Source of the DNA: a virus
Taxonomy: Duplodnaviria; Caudoviricetes
Reading direction: 5' to 3' (one strand)
IMG/VR virus record: IMGVR_UViG_3300014205_000025
Location: 860 to 64,859 of that record
Length of the DNA: 64,000 nt
In this document: positions 1 to 9,187 of the stretch, piece after piece
How the letters are laid out: each line of letters opens with the position of its first letter
Numbering within the stretch: position 1 is the first letter of the stretch
The notes under the pieces: generated by a model
Databases searched by the model: none
Told to the model about the DNA's origin: nothing
Seen by the model: the letters and a program-made list of their open reading frames with translations, nothing else
Made by a program: the position numbers and the translations under genes

Positions 1-788
1 GATGCTGTTGCCAGCCAATAGCCGCCGGCAGGAAAGACCAGCTTTTTCCCGGTTGCAACTGCCTTAGCAAACGCGGCCGTCACGGCAGCGGTGTCGTCAG
101 TCCCGTAGACAAACCGGCCCGCCACCGGATAGCCGGATGTCGTGAATGTCGCGCCCGTGCCGCCGCCGCCGGTCGTGGCCGCCGCGCTTGACGGGGCCAC
201 GCTGCACACACCCGGCGTGACCATACCCAGCACCGCCGTCACGACGTTCCCAGCGACCGTGACGCTCACCTGCGGCTGCGTGGTGCAGGTCCCGCCCGTG
301 ATCGTCAGCGTCTGTGTGCCATTCGTATACCCTGAGCCAGCCGAGGCGATCGTGACGGGAGCGGCCGGCGCACTGTAGATGCCACTTTGCGGCGATGCCA
401 CCACAGCTGCGTTGGAGACATTCATGCTCGTTGAGGAAACATAGCTGACGAGCGTTCCTGTCTGCGGCACATTCGCCGCTCCGGTGCCCTGCAAATAGTA
501 ACGTTTCCCGGCGTCCGCCGCGGTAAACGCGGCGCTGCCACACGTCAGAAGAGTGCTTCCTGCCGCGATGGTGCAGCTAGACACTCCTACCGTATCACCC
601 TTGGCCCCAGGTGCGCCGCCCCAGCCGTATTTGACGTTGATGACGTCAGCCTCGATCGTGGCCAGTGTCCGAGATGCTGTTGCTCCCGTCGGGGTGACCC
701 GCCCCTCGGTGACGTTCGGGCTTTGGGCTACAGCGACGGAAACCGCCAGCAAGGCCGAAGAAAATAGAAGAAAAGCGCGGAACATCAT
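1..788 (-). CDS. Tailspike/depolymerase-like beta-helix protein, N-terminal part (runs off the window start), with a signal-peptide-like N-terminus
   Basis: Manually translated; absent from the ORF track because it has no stop in the window. MMFRAFLLFSSALLAVSVAVAQSP...GTDDTAAVTAAFAKAVATGKKLVFPAGGYW matches the pectate_lyase_3-type entry motif. ATG overlaps the upstream TGA and has a GAGG RBS. Confidence 0.75.
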   Translation of the reverse strand, partial: MMFRAFLLFSSALLAVSVAVAQSPNVTEGRVTPTGATASRTLATIEADVINVKYGWGGAPGAKGDTVGVSSCTIAAGSTLLTCGSAAFTAADAGKRYYLQGTGAANVPQTGTLVSYVSSTSMNVSNAAVVASPQSGIYSAPAAPVTIASAGSGYTNGTQTLTITGGTCTTQPQVSVTVAGNVVTAVLGMVTPGVCSVAPSSAAATTGGGGTGATFTTSGYPVAGRFVYGTDDTAAVTAAFAKAVATGKKLVFPAGGYWLATA

Positions 789-3397
789 GTCGACCTCACC
801 ACCAAGAAACCGCCGTTTGAGTAGATTTCACCAAGCTCCACGCCGCCGGCGGCCGCTGCCGCGTCGTCATCATACGTGGTTGATAGGTGCAGAGTTGTCC
901 GAATGACCCCCCCGATCACCAACGCCCCGCCGCCTGGCTGCAATGCCAGCGTGTCCAACTGTGTCCATGTGTGGTTGACGGTCAAGGGTACCGCCTCCAC
1001 GCCCGCCCGGATGCCCAGCAGGATGGCAGATCCGGACGTGCTATCGGCGCACCTGACGTTGCGGATCTTCGCGGTGATCGTGCTGGTGTTCTCGATCCGC
1101 AGCCATACCGTGGTGCCCGCCGAATAGAACGTCTGTTCTTCCGGGACAAAGGGATAGTCCTCATCATTGTCTGGCGCCTCGGCCTCGACATACACGTCCA
1201 GCAGGTCGGATGCGCCGCGCGTGGTTCCGAGCATGATCCTATAGTTGCCGGCCGCGACCAGGTACAGCACGCCATCAGTGGCAGCCGGCCATGCGAATGT
1301 CTGATCCAGAGAGGCCGCGTTCGTGCCATCACCCGTCAGGTTCGCGCTGTTCGGGCTAGTCTGGCGGACCACCGTGCCGGTGCCGCCGTTCAAGGTGTAC
1401 TGCCAGGAATTGACGATAGTGTCTTCGACCGTCGGCAGGGCGGCAGCGAAGTTGAAGTTGCCGATCACATTCACGGAAGCCGTGGGCGCGGTCGTGAAGG
1501 CGTTGGTGGTCAGGACATGCGTGGTCTCATCATACGCCGTGATCAGTTGCTTCTCGCCCGCGCAGACGCCCGTGTAGTACGCGAGATACCGGCCGACATA
1601 GTAATCCGCGATCGTCGCCGTCAGCTCCGTCGGGTGGCTGGTAGTCGTCGCCGTGTCGGTGACAGGAAACTCGACCTTAGCCGACGAATTATAGCGCAGC
1701 CGGACCTCAATGGGATTGGATGGGGCTGCGCCATTGGTCCGCGGCGGGTTCAAAACCTTAACCGCCCGGAACTCGTTGGTCGCATAGTTTGGCGAGTAGA
1801 ATTGGTAGGTCCCACCATAATCATCATCGCCGACGCTGTTGTTGCGGATATCGACGGCGGGATCGCCGTTCACCAAGTTTCCGCCGAGCGTCATGATCGT
1901 GCCGGAAGGGCTGCCACGATATCCGACAGCATCAATCTCCAGACCGGTGGCCGAGGGCGTCAGGTAGCCATTGCCTAGGCGCAGGCGGCCCGAACTGACT
2001 GTGCCATGCGCGCCGCCGGAAATGTCGCCGCCGACCCACTTGATCGCTCGGCCTGAGAAATTGACGTCCTGGATGTCGATGCCGTTGCGGGCCTGCGGCA
2101 CGGGGGCGGCATGTGATGCCTTGAAGCCCAGCAGCGTGCCGTTGAGCGGATCGATGCCACCCCAGCCTGTCTCACCGATCCCGAACACCGTGCGCCACGA
2201 ATGCGACGTCTTGCCGCCGGCTCCGGTCGTGTAGGCGGTGTAGACCTCGGCCGGTGCCGCGCCGGCTGTCAAGGGCGTGTTCAAAGCCCACCCGAACGCG
2301 TTACGGACCGACGTGCCGGCCTGCCAGAACAGGGACCCCTCATAAAGCCGGCTGTTCGTCAGGTTGGTCGATCCCGTGACGTGCGAGACCATGCCGTAAT
2401 CGAGGAAGTTGGACCCGCGCGCCCGGCCGTATTCCGGCGCAGTTCCGCCCCGATTGTACTTTGCGAAGATGGTCGACCATGTGACATTGACCGCCGGCGT
2501 AACCCTACCATTATCGGGTCCTTCCAGCGATTCGATCGGTGCATTGTCCTCCGACCAAGTGGTCCGCAACATCGTCCTGGATCCGCCCCAGGAGTCGGCC
2601 ACGGCGCCGCCGGCAACGCCGGACCGCTGGATGATTTCCAGAGCATTGACGGACGGCCCCTGGTTCGCCGCGGCGACGGGGGAAGCACGATCCTGCAGGA
2701 TCGCCATCTGCATGATGTTCCGCTTGCCGGGCGGGGCGCTGGCGCCATCCACGCGCGGCAGCGTCATCGACACCGCGAAGGGTGACGTCCCGGCGGAGAA
2801 CGTATCCTCCATAGAATACGCGCCGGCCGTGACCCAGAGATTTGTGATCCTGGCAGTTGTCGACGCGACGAACTGGCCAGCAACAGTCAGACCACCGGTA
2901 ATGGTGCCGCCGGCGATCGGGAGGTAGTCCGTCCCATCGAAGGCCTCGACGGTCAGCAGCCACGTCCCAGCCGCCAGGTCATCCGCCCAATCCTCGGATG
3001 TATGTGTCGTTGTGCAGATATACTGGTTGCCGGTGTTATTGCCCGCCGCGCCATCCAGGACCGTGTCACCGTAGAGGTAGACAACATCAGCCTCCCAATC
3101 CCCGCGGAACGATGCGCGCGTGCCCACGATGCCGGTGGTGTGCGTCGCCAGGTCCGAGCCCAGCACGGACATGACAACGGGGCCATCGACATAGATGGGC
3201 TGCTGCCACTTTCCGTCGTTGTCCAGGCTTTGGGGATTGGAGAGCGTCGAAGATCCAACCGGATCGGCATAGAGCGTCGCAAGCGTGGTCGTGACGGTCT
3301 GCGTGTCCTCATCGACGGTGTAAACCGCGACTTGCGCCGTCGAATAGATCGGGTTTGCGAGCGAGAAGTCCTGGAGGCTGAAACGCAACCCGGCCAT
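785..3397 (-). CDS. Tail fibre/tailspike protein with an N-terminal virion-anchoring (P22 head-binding-like) domain
   Basis: 870 aa, G/T/A/S-rich beta-type composition. N-terminal LYADP..NPQSL..GKW..PIY motif is shared with 59954..61912. Lies directly after the adaptor gene. Confidence 0.75.
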   Translation of the reverse strand: MAGLRFSLQDFSLANPIYSTAQVAVYTVDEDTQTVTTTLATLYADPVGSSTLSNPQSLDNDGKWQQPIYVDGPVVMSVLGSDLATHTTGIVGTRASFRGDWEADVVYLYGDTVLDGAAGNNTGNQYICTTTHTSEDWADDLAAGTWLLTVEAFDGTDYLPIAGGTITGGLTVAGQFVASTTARITNLWVTAGAYSMEDTFSAGTSPFAVSMTLPRVDGASAPPGKRNIMQMAILQDRASPVAAANQGPSVNALEIIQRSGVAGGAVADSWGGSRTMLRTTWSEDNAPIESLEGPDNGRVTPAVNVTWSTIFAKYNRGGTAPEYGRARGSNFLDYGMVSHVTGSTNLTNSRLYEGSLFWQAGTSVRNAFGWALNTPLTAGAAPAEVYTAYTTGAGGKTSHSWRTVFGIGETGWGGIDPLNGTLLGFKASHAAPVPQARNGIDIQDVNFSGRAIKWVGGDISGGAHGTVSSGRLRLGNGYLTPSATGLEIDAVGYRGSPSGTIMTLGGNLVNGDPAVDIRNNSVGDDDYGGTYQFYSPNYATNEFRAVKVLNPPRTNGAAPSNPIEVRLRYNSSAKVEFPVTDTATTTSHPTELTATIADYYVGRYLAYYTGVCAGEKQLITAYDETTHVLTTNAFTTAPTASVNVIGNFNFAAALPTVEDTIVNSWQYTLNGGTGTVVRQTSPNSANLTGDGTNAASLDQTFAWPAATDGVLYLVAAGNYRIMLGTTRGASDLLDVYVEAEAPDNDEDYPFVPEEQTFYSAGTTVWLRIENTSTITAKIRNVRCADSTSGSAILLGIRAGVEAVPLTVNHTWTQLDTLALQPGGGALVIGGVIRTTLHLSTTYDDDAAAAAGGVELGEIYSNGGFLVVRST

Positions 3398-3408
3398 GTG
3401 ATGGTCCC

Positions 3409-4200
3409 TCAGAAATCGGTGTAAGTGACCCGCTTGCCCTGGGTCTGGTTCTCATGGGCGTCATAGGCCTCAAGCTCGGTACGCAGGTCTCGCGCCTCCT
3501 GCTTCATGTCCCGGACCTCATCGGCCGGCAGTTTGCGGACCGGGCCATTGCCGATCTGCGCGGCCAGCGCGGTCACCAGCCACAGGTTCCAGGTGCTGCG
3601 GATGCTATCGAGACGATCGTTGGCGGCGGCCGTGACCGAGTCCGGGGTATAGGACTGGAACAGCACGCGCACGCCATAGGTCACCAGGGCATCGGGTGCG
3701 GGCGAAATGTGCATCACCGGGTTCTGGTCCCGGGTGATGTAGCAGACATTCGGAGAGCCGGCCTGGTCCGCGCCGACGCCAGACCGATCGATGTCATCCC
3801 AGGTCCACGGCGAGACGTCCTGCGCCTGCGCGGACTGCGGGAAGTTGCGAAGCTCGAACTCCTGGCGGCGGACGATCGGGATCTCGTGAATATCCTGGCC
3901 GGTTGTCACGTTGTAGAGGATCACCCGGATGACGAACGCAATGCCGTTCGGCGCCTGCGTGGCGCCCACCGACGCCAGCAGGTCATAGGATGAACCCCCG
4001 GCGGTCAGGGTGAACGCGGCGGTTCCGGGCACCAGGGGCCACCAGCGTTGCCGGGCACTCTGATGCCCGATCAGCATGTCGAGCCAATAGCGCGCCTCCT
4101 CCACGTCGGCCGCGCGAGCGCCGGACGATCGGGTTGCCCTCTGTCCGATCTTTCCGAGCGCCCGGTCGACAATCTCTCCGACGGAAAGCAGGTGCGCCAT
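3409..4200 (-). CDS. Head-to-tail adaptor (P22 gp4-like)
   Basis: N-terminus EIVDRALGKIG...DVEEARYWLDMLI resembles P22 gp4 (DLVRAALRKLG...DDLEAMM). Position downstream of the capsid genes fits. Confidence 0.7.
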   Translation of the reverse strand: MAHLLSVGEIVDRALGKIGQRATRSSGARAADVEEARYWLDMLIGHQSARQRWWPLVPGTAAFTLTAGGSSYDLLASVGATQAPNGIAFVIRVILYNVTTGQDIHEIPIVRRQEFELRNFPQSAQAQDVSPWTWDDIDRSGVGADQAGSPNVCYITRDQNPVMHISPAPDALVTYGVRVLFQSYTPDSVTAAANDRLDSIRSTWNLWLVTALAAQIGNGPVRKLPADEVRDMKQEARDLRTELEAYDAHENQTQGKRVTYTDF

Positions 4201-4203
4201 GCG

Positions 4204-4749
4204 TTAGGTTCCGAACAGGCTGTCGACGGCGGCGCCCGTGATCTCCTCAAGCTCGCCGTCGCCGTCATCGCCGCCGCCGGACGCCGGCCGGCCGGCATCG
4301 CCTTCGGCCTCATAGGAGGCAAGCAGGAACTCGATCATCGCCTCGCGCTTGCTGCGGGTGGTGAACTTCGGCGCGTTCGGTCGGATCAGGCTGCGGTTGA
4401 CCAGCGCCTCCTGGTTCAGCTCATTCAGGTCAGCGATGACCTGGTTCGGCTTGAGCATCGGCGGCAGATCGCGGGTCTTCACCTGGTCGGAGAGCGGCGC
4501 CAGGCGGGTATTGTCGGGCGCGAGGACCGTAAAGGCCGGATCGACCAGGAAGCGGCGCGCGTGTTCCTCGGGCATCGGGGTGTCGCGGTCGAAGAACAGC
4601 TTGTAGATGATCCCAGGCAGGATTTCGTGATCACGCCCGAGAACTTCGCCACCGATCACGGTGCGCGCGTTCATATCGCGGACGCGCCACAAGCCATTCG
4701 CCGCGGCATGCTCATGCGCCCGGTTCGGAACGGTGATGCTTGCGCTCAT
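4204..4749 (-). CDS. Hypothetical head-associated protein, possible C-terminal HeH/LEM-like helical motif
   Basis: 181-aa ORF in the operon with a GAGGG RBS and an acidic C-terminus. Confidence 0.55.
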   Translation of the reverse strand: MSASITVPNRAHEHAAANGLWRVRDMNARTVIGGEVLGRDHEILPGIIYKLFFDRDTPMPEEHARRFLVDPAFTVLAPDNTRLAPLSDQVKTRDLPPMLKPNQVIADLNELNQEALVNRSLIRPNAPKFTTRSKREAMIEFLLASYEAEGDAGRPASGGGDDGDGELEEITGAAVDSLFGT

Positions 4750-4821
4750 GCGTATATTCCCTCTTGGTTGGTGTGATGTCCCCCAGGCCTATCAGCCCGG
4801 GGGATGATCAGCAGGCGGACC

Positions 4822-5586
4822 TTACGCCGGGACGATCGGGCGCGAATACCCGATGTTGATGAAGCCGGCGGCGGTATCGGTGCCGGCCGTCAGCGTATAG
4901 GTCAGGCTGGTCGCGGTCGACGTGATGACGTGCTGACGCGGCACCAGGCCAGTGCCGGCATCCGCGGTCGCTGCCACCCGCAACAGCGCGCCGAGCGTCT
5001 CGGCGGAAGCCGCCAGGGTGGGAGTGACCACCACAGCCGTTGCCACCGAGAGGGTGACGGCAAAGCCGTCGGCATCGCCGCCGCTCTCGCTGCTCAGAAG
5101 GCCAACATCGATGGTCTCCGTCGCGTCGAGCGTCTTGGTATAGACCGAAAGGTTCAGCGGGTTGATCGCCATGCCAGCGGTGAAATCAAACCCGGTGTCG
5201 GTCTCGGCCGCGGCCGTCGTGTCCGCGATGTTGAACGGCACGATCAGCGTGTGGGTGACCGCGGTATTGTCCACGCTGATGGTGTTCATGCCGGGTTTCC
5301 ACCCGCGGCGCTGGAAGGCGATGCCCTCGGCGGACATGCCGTAGATATCCACCTGCGGCTCCGCCGCCTGGCCGAACGTCGACGCGCCCATGACGGCGAA
5401 CCGGAGCCGGCCGTTGGTGATCGAAATCGGGTTGGACAGGGCGGCATAGTCATTATCGGGATTGTAGAGCGTCGCCTTCGCCGTGCCGCCGGACGTTGTG
5501 ATGTAGGCCTTACCGCCGCTCGCGCTCATCTTTTCACCGGTCATCATGTCCCGGATCTGGATGTCGTAATCGTTGTAGCTTGCCAT
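4822..5586 (-). CDS. Capsid decoration/cement-like protein
   Basis: 254 aa, A/T/G-rich beta-type composition, immediately after the major capsid gene, good RBS. Confidence 0.55.
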   Translation of the reverse strand: MASYNDYDIQIRDMMTGEKMSASGGKAYITTSGGTAKATLYNPDNDYAALSNPISITNGRLRFAVMGASTFGQAAEPQVDIYGMSAEGIAFQRRGWKPGMNTISVDNTAVTHTLIVPFNIADTTAAAETDTGFDFTAGMAINPLNLSVYTKTLDATETIDVGLLSSESGGDADGFAVTLSVATAVVVTPTLAASAETLGALLRVAATADAGTGLVPRQHVITSTATSLTYTLTAGTDTAAGFINIGYSRPIVPA

Positions 5587-5606
5587 GGGGTGACCCCTTT
5601 CCTCTG

Positions 5607-5628
5607 TGACGGCGCCAGGGCGCCGTCA
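5607..5628. terminator. Perfect GC hairpin downstream of the capsid gene (terminator or mRNA stabiliser)
   Basis: TGACGGCGC-CAGG-GCGCCGTCA inverted repeat; no clear U-tract. Confidence 0.45.
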
Positions 5629-5651
5629 GGATTGTTCAGATGGGATGACGG

Positions 5652-6761
5652 TTACGAACCGGCGCCGGCGTACGTGTAGAGCGAGATCACGCCGAAATCC
5701 TGTTTCGTATTGCTGTCCGTCGGGGACACGAACTGCGGCTTGATCGTCCCGAGGATCATGCCCACCCCGATGCCGGGCTGGTTCTTATAGTCGTTGATGT
5801 CCGACTCCTCGTAGGCGGGGTCGCCCAATTCCGCGATGCCCATGGCTTGCGCGCCCAGCAGCAGCGCCTGCGCGCCGTCCAGGGTGAAGCCCGATCCCCA
5901 CTTGCTGCCGCTGGCCAAGCCGAGGGTGGTCGGCACGCGGTTGTGCTCATAGAGGATGACGCCGTCGACCACCGCCATGGCGTTGGTGAACAGCGGGTTT
6001 TGGGGCCCGCGGTTGCCAGCGCGTCCCACGTTGGTCTGATAGGTGCTGTCCGAGCGAAGGTCGCGGGCCTGCTCGGTCGACATGACCAGGGCATAGTGGT
6101 CCTTGCCGCCGGCACGGATGGGCTTCATCAGCTTCCGCTTTGCCATGGCCTGCGTCGCCACGATCAGGTTCCACGTCATCTTGTCGGAACTGGTCAGGGT
6201 GGCGGTGCTGGTGGCGCTGCCGGCGTACTTGATCCGGCCCGAGCTTGGCGCAACCACGTCGTTGGCGAACGTCAGTTGCGGCAGGGTCGTGCTGGAACGG
6301 GTGGAGCCGTCCAGGTTCTTGGTGAACGCGATGCCCGCGGCGGTGATGAACATCATCTCGTCGGTGATGCGCGCCGCCCAATAGCCGAGCTTGTCGCGGG
6401 CCTGCTCGCGAAAGCGGATGATGGTCCGCTGTTCGTCCATCTTGCCCTTGCGCTTCACGCCATGCCGGATCTGATCGATGCGGATGCGAATGGCATCCTG
6501 GTACATCGCCTCCTCATTCCCGGTCAGGATCTGGTCACCGGCGACGCCGTCTTCGACCAGGTCGGGAACAAGCTGCATGATGCACTCGTCGCCCGCATCG
6601 GTCCGCGTCAGTTCCTTGATGCGCTGCACGGGGGAATTGGTGCCGTCCCCCATGAAGCCGTTTTGCGGCCAGAAAGCCATTTCCCGGCCGGCCCGACGGA
6701 TATCCATCGACCAGACCTTCTTCTGGGCCGAGGACAAAGCTCCGAACGCTGTGGTTGCCAT
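5652..6761 (-). CDS. Major capsid protein, N4-gp56/DUF4043 family
   Basis: 369 aa. KVWS...FMG.G.NSPVQRI.EL...GD...G...GNEE.M...I.IDQIRHGV...GKM.EQRT...FREQARDKL.YW pattern is typical of this family. Confidence 0.9.
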   Translation of the reverse strand: MATTAFGALSSAQKKVWSMDIRRAGREMAFWPQNGFMGDGTNSPVQRIKELTRTDAGDECIMQLVPDLVEDGVAGDQILTGNEEAMYQDAIRIRIDQIRHGVKRKGKMDEQRTIIRFREQARDKLGYWAARITDEMMFITAAGIAFTKNLDGSTRSSTTLPQLTFANDVVAPSSGRIKYAGSATSTATLTSSDKMTWNLIVATQAMAKRKLMKPIRAGGKDHYALVMSTEQARDLRSDSTYQTNVGRAGNRGPQNPLFTNAMAVVDGVILYEHNRVPTTLGLASGSKWGSGFTLDGAQALLLGAQAMGIAELGDPAYEESDINDYKNQPGIGVGMILGTIKPQFVSPTDSNTKQDFGVISLYTYAGAGS

Positions 6762-6765
6762 GGTG

Positions 6766-7893
6766 TTACCCGCTAAGTGCTCGCGCCCGCACCGATGCGG
6801 GCAACGCGTCCCATTCTTCCTGGGACATTTTTGCGATTTGGTCGTCGGTCAGATCGCCCGATGGGGGCGCAGCGTGGCCGATACCGGTGGGGTTCGGGGG
6901 GTGACGCAATGCAAGATCGATCTTGCCGTTGCCCTGCGCGCGCGGCGGCTGCGGCGGCGACTGGTTGGCTGGCACGATCGCTTGGGGCGCCTGCCCCGTT
7001 GGGGGGGTAGCCGCGGCTCCGCCTGGCGCTTTCCCGATCCAGTCGGGATGCCATGTCGGGCCGAAGAAATTGCTCATCTGAGCGACCAGTTCACGCAGCC
7101 GCATCGTGCCGGCCGGGGACTGCTCAATCGGCGTGCCCAGGGCGTCCTGCTGCGCGAAGGCCATCTGTGCCAGGGTTTGCAGTTCCTGCTTTGGCAGGAC
7201 TGCTACCCATGGATGGGCCTTGGCGAGCTCCGCCATGTGCTGCCGCATCACAAGCTCGTCCGCGACACCGACCTGGGCCGATGCCGGCGGACTAGCCTGT
7301 GACGCCATGCCGCGAAGCCGGTCAATTTCATTCCCGACTTCGATCTGGATGGCTGTCCATGCTTCCATGGTCAGCTCGCCTTCGTCGAACGACTTGGCTG
7401 CTCCAAGCAGTCGCGCTTGCTGCTCGGCAATCAGTTCCCTGGCGTTCTTCGCAGGCGAAGGTGCTGCATGCCCGGTTCCGCCATCGGCTGGAGCGTTGCC
7501 GCCCTGTGCGATGGCTTGCCGGGCATGCGCGACGCCCTTCCAGTAATTTGCCTCATCGCTGGCCTGCTTGAGTTCCGCGGCGGCTTGACGGGCCTGGGCA
7601 ACAACCTGCTGGAACCGAACGAACGGCACGGCTGGTTGGGGAGAAGGCCCGCCGGCAGGAGGCGTGGCCTGGGTGCCCGCGGGTGTCCGAGGAGCGGCCG
7701 CGGGCGGGTTGCCCTGCTGCTGTTCCTCGGCTTCCGCGGCTGCCCGTGCCGCAATCAGGTCTGCCTGTGCGTCGCGGATCAAGTCGGGAACCAGCGACTC
7801 CTGCTGGCTGTCCTGCCCGGGATGATCAGTCCTGGTAGGAATGCCGGCCGGGATCCCCGGAACCTGACGGTCAGTGGTAAGAGACAACGACAT
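6766..7893 (-). CDS. Scaffolding protein
   Basis: 375 aa, P/A/Q-rich with coiled coil (VPFVRFQQV...), ends with MSQEEWDALP..RARAL. Directly upstream of the capsid gene. Confidence 0.75.
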   Translation of the reverse strand: MSLSLTTDRQVPGIPAGIPTRTDHPGQDSQQESLVPDLIRDAQADLIAARAAAEAEEQQQGNPPAAAPRTPAGTQATPPAGGPSPQPAVPFVRFQQVVAQARQAAAELKQASDEANYWKGVAHARQAIAQGGNAPADGGTGHAAPSPAKNARELIAEQQARLLGAAKSFDEGELTMEAWTAIQIEVGNEIDRLRGMASQASPPASAQVGVADELVMRQHMAELAKAHPWVAVLPKQELQTLAQMAFAQQDALGTPIEQSPAGTMRLRELVAQMSNFFGPTWHPDWIGKAPGGAAATPPTGQAPQAIVPANQSPPQPPRAQGNGKIDLALRHPPNPTGIGHAAPPSGDLTDDQIAKMSQEEWDALPASVRARALSG

Positions 7894-7959
7894 GATTTCT
7901 CCCTAACGTGGTGAGATACGAGAAACGCCCGAAGCCCGGCGACGGCACCGTGATATCGT

Positions 7960-8475
7960 TCACGGCTGACGAACCAATGGCGCCGCCTCGCCCAGCGCGC
8001 GCTTGTGCGCCTGCGCCGGGGAGAACTGGTGCCGCTTCATGTGTTCTTGCCACCGGTCCCATGCGAGCGCCGCACGGCCGGCAAATTCGAGCGTCGGCCA
8101 TAGGCGGATGCGCGCCCATGGTTCATCGACCTCCCAGGTGCATTGCAGGTCACCATCGCGATCGCGCCAGTAGGCGGACAGCGTGTGGTTGGACCACAGC
8201 ACGATCCAGTGCCCGTCCATGTGCATGTCCCGGTTCAGCACCACCGCCAGGTCCATCATTCTGGCCAGGGGTTCCTCGGGGGGGGCCGGCGTGAAATCGC
8301 TGGTCCCGCGCATGAAGCCCGAACCATCCGCGTGCATCACGACGGCAAACCAGGGACCGGCGCACATTTCGTCCAGGTCCTCGCGCAGCGACGCGGTGAC
8401 GGTGTCCCGCTCGACATTGTGCAGCCGCTGGCCGCAGTTGAATGCGAGGTAGGTTGAAGCCGGGTTCCGTTCCAT
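7960..8475 (-). CDS. Hypothetical Trp-rich protein (171 aa, start re-called at the ATG at 8475)
   Basis: The track ORF 7960..8877 is over-extended. ATG at 8475 overlaps the TGA of the upstream gene (TGATG). Confidence 0.65.
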   Translation of the reverse strand: MERNPASTYLAFNCGQRLHNVERDTVTASLREDLDEMCAGPWFAVVMHADGSGFMRGTSDFTPAPPEEPLARMMDLAVVLNRDMHMDGHWIVLWSNHTLSAYWRDRDGDLQCTWEVDEPWARIRLWPTLEFAGRAALAWDRWQEHMKRHQFSPAQAHKRALGEAAPLVRQP

Positions 8476-8750
8476 CAGGCGCCGTCCTTCCTCGGGGCAG
8501 TTGGGGCCTGGGGGGGCATCTTCTCCGCCAGTTCCTTCATCTGCTTCTTGGTCCACTTGTGCGCGTCGTCTTCCTTTGTAAGCACACCTATGATGGTCGA
8601 CACAAATAATCCGCCCATGGCCCAGACTTCCCGATCGGTGTCGGAAAGGACCACGCCGGAAATCGAGGCTCCGGCGTTGATGATGTGCAGCCAGGTCCCG
8701 CGCTCCTGCATGCGGTTCATCAGCGCCTGCATGGCGGGCGACCGGCGCAT
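8475..8750 (-). CDS. Small membrane protein with 1-2 hydrophobic segments
   Basis: WLHIINAGASISGVVLS and VWAMGGLFVSTIIGVLT; translationally coupled to the next gene. Confidence 0.55.
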   Translation of the reverse strand: MRRSPAMQALMNRMQERGTWLHIINAGASISGVVLSDTDREVWAMGGLFVSTIIGVLTKEDDAHKWTKKQMKELAEKMPPQAPTAPRKDGA

Positions 8751-8753
8751 GGA

Positions 8754-8912
8754 TCAGGGCCCCCCGATGACGCGGATCAGCGCGGTCAAGCATTCCTTGG
8801 GGGGCGTCGAGTAGCCGGTCATCAGGAACACGGACTCGGCAATGATGGCGGCGGATATGCCGAAGACGACAAGGCATGTCACGACCGGCCGCTTGTTTGC
8901 CACGGCTACCAC
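8754..8912 (-). CDS. Small single-TM membrane protein
   Basis: VVTCLVVFGISAAIIAESVFLM; GTG start at 8912 or 8903, overlapping or adjacent to the upstream TAG. Confidence 0.5.
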   Translation of the reverse strand: MVAVANKRPVVTCLVVFGISAAIIAESVFLMTGYSTPPKECLTALIRVIGGP

Positions 8913-9163
8913 CTGATCGCGCCAGCCCATTCCAGGAGCCACTCGCCCCATTCCAGGAAGAAGTCGCTGAAATTCGCCCCGATCGCGCCCGCCAGCCCTG
9001 TGATGAAGGCGATCCGCGCCTTGCGACATTCTTCTAGCCGCCACGCCCATCTGAGCCTCCGTCTGAGCGGAAAATTACCGCCAGTTTCACGAGTTTCGGG
9101 AGAGCGAGAGCCGACGCCGAGGTTGAACATACGCGTTCGCTCACGCTCATGGTGCATCACCAC
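8906..9163 (-). CDS. Small membrane protein
   Basis: IAFITGLAGAIGANFSDFFLEWGEWLLEW; lies between the portal and the other small genes. Confidence 0.5.
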   Translation of the reverse strand: MVMHHERERTRMFNLGVGSRSPETRETGGNFPLRRRLRWAWRLEECRKARIAFITGLAGAIGANFSDFFLEWGEWLLEWAGAIRW

Positions 9164-9187
9164 TCGCCATCTTGGTTCCGGACGGTG

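Noticed and set aside
97-543. Track ORFs 97..543 (-) and 142..378 (+)
   Set aside because: Shadow frames of the real minus-strand gene starting at 788, which the track missed because it has no stop in the window.
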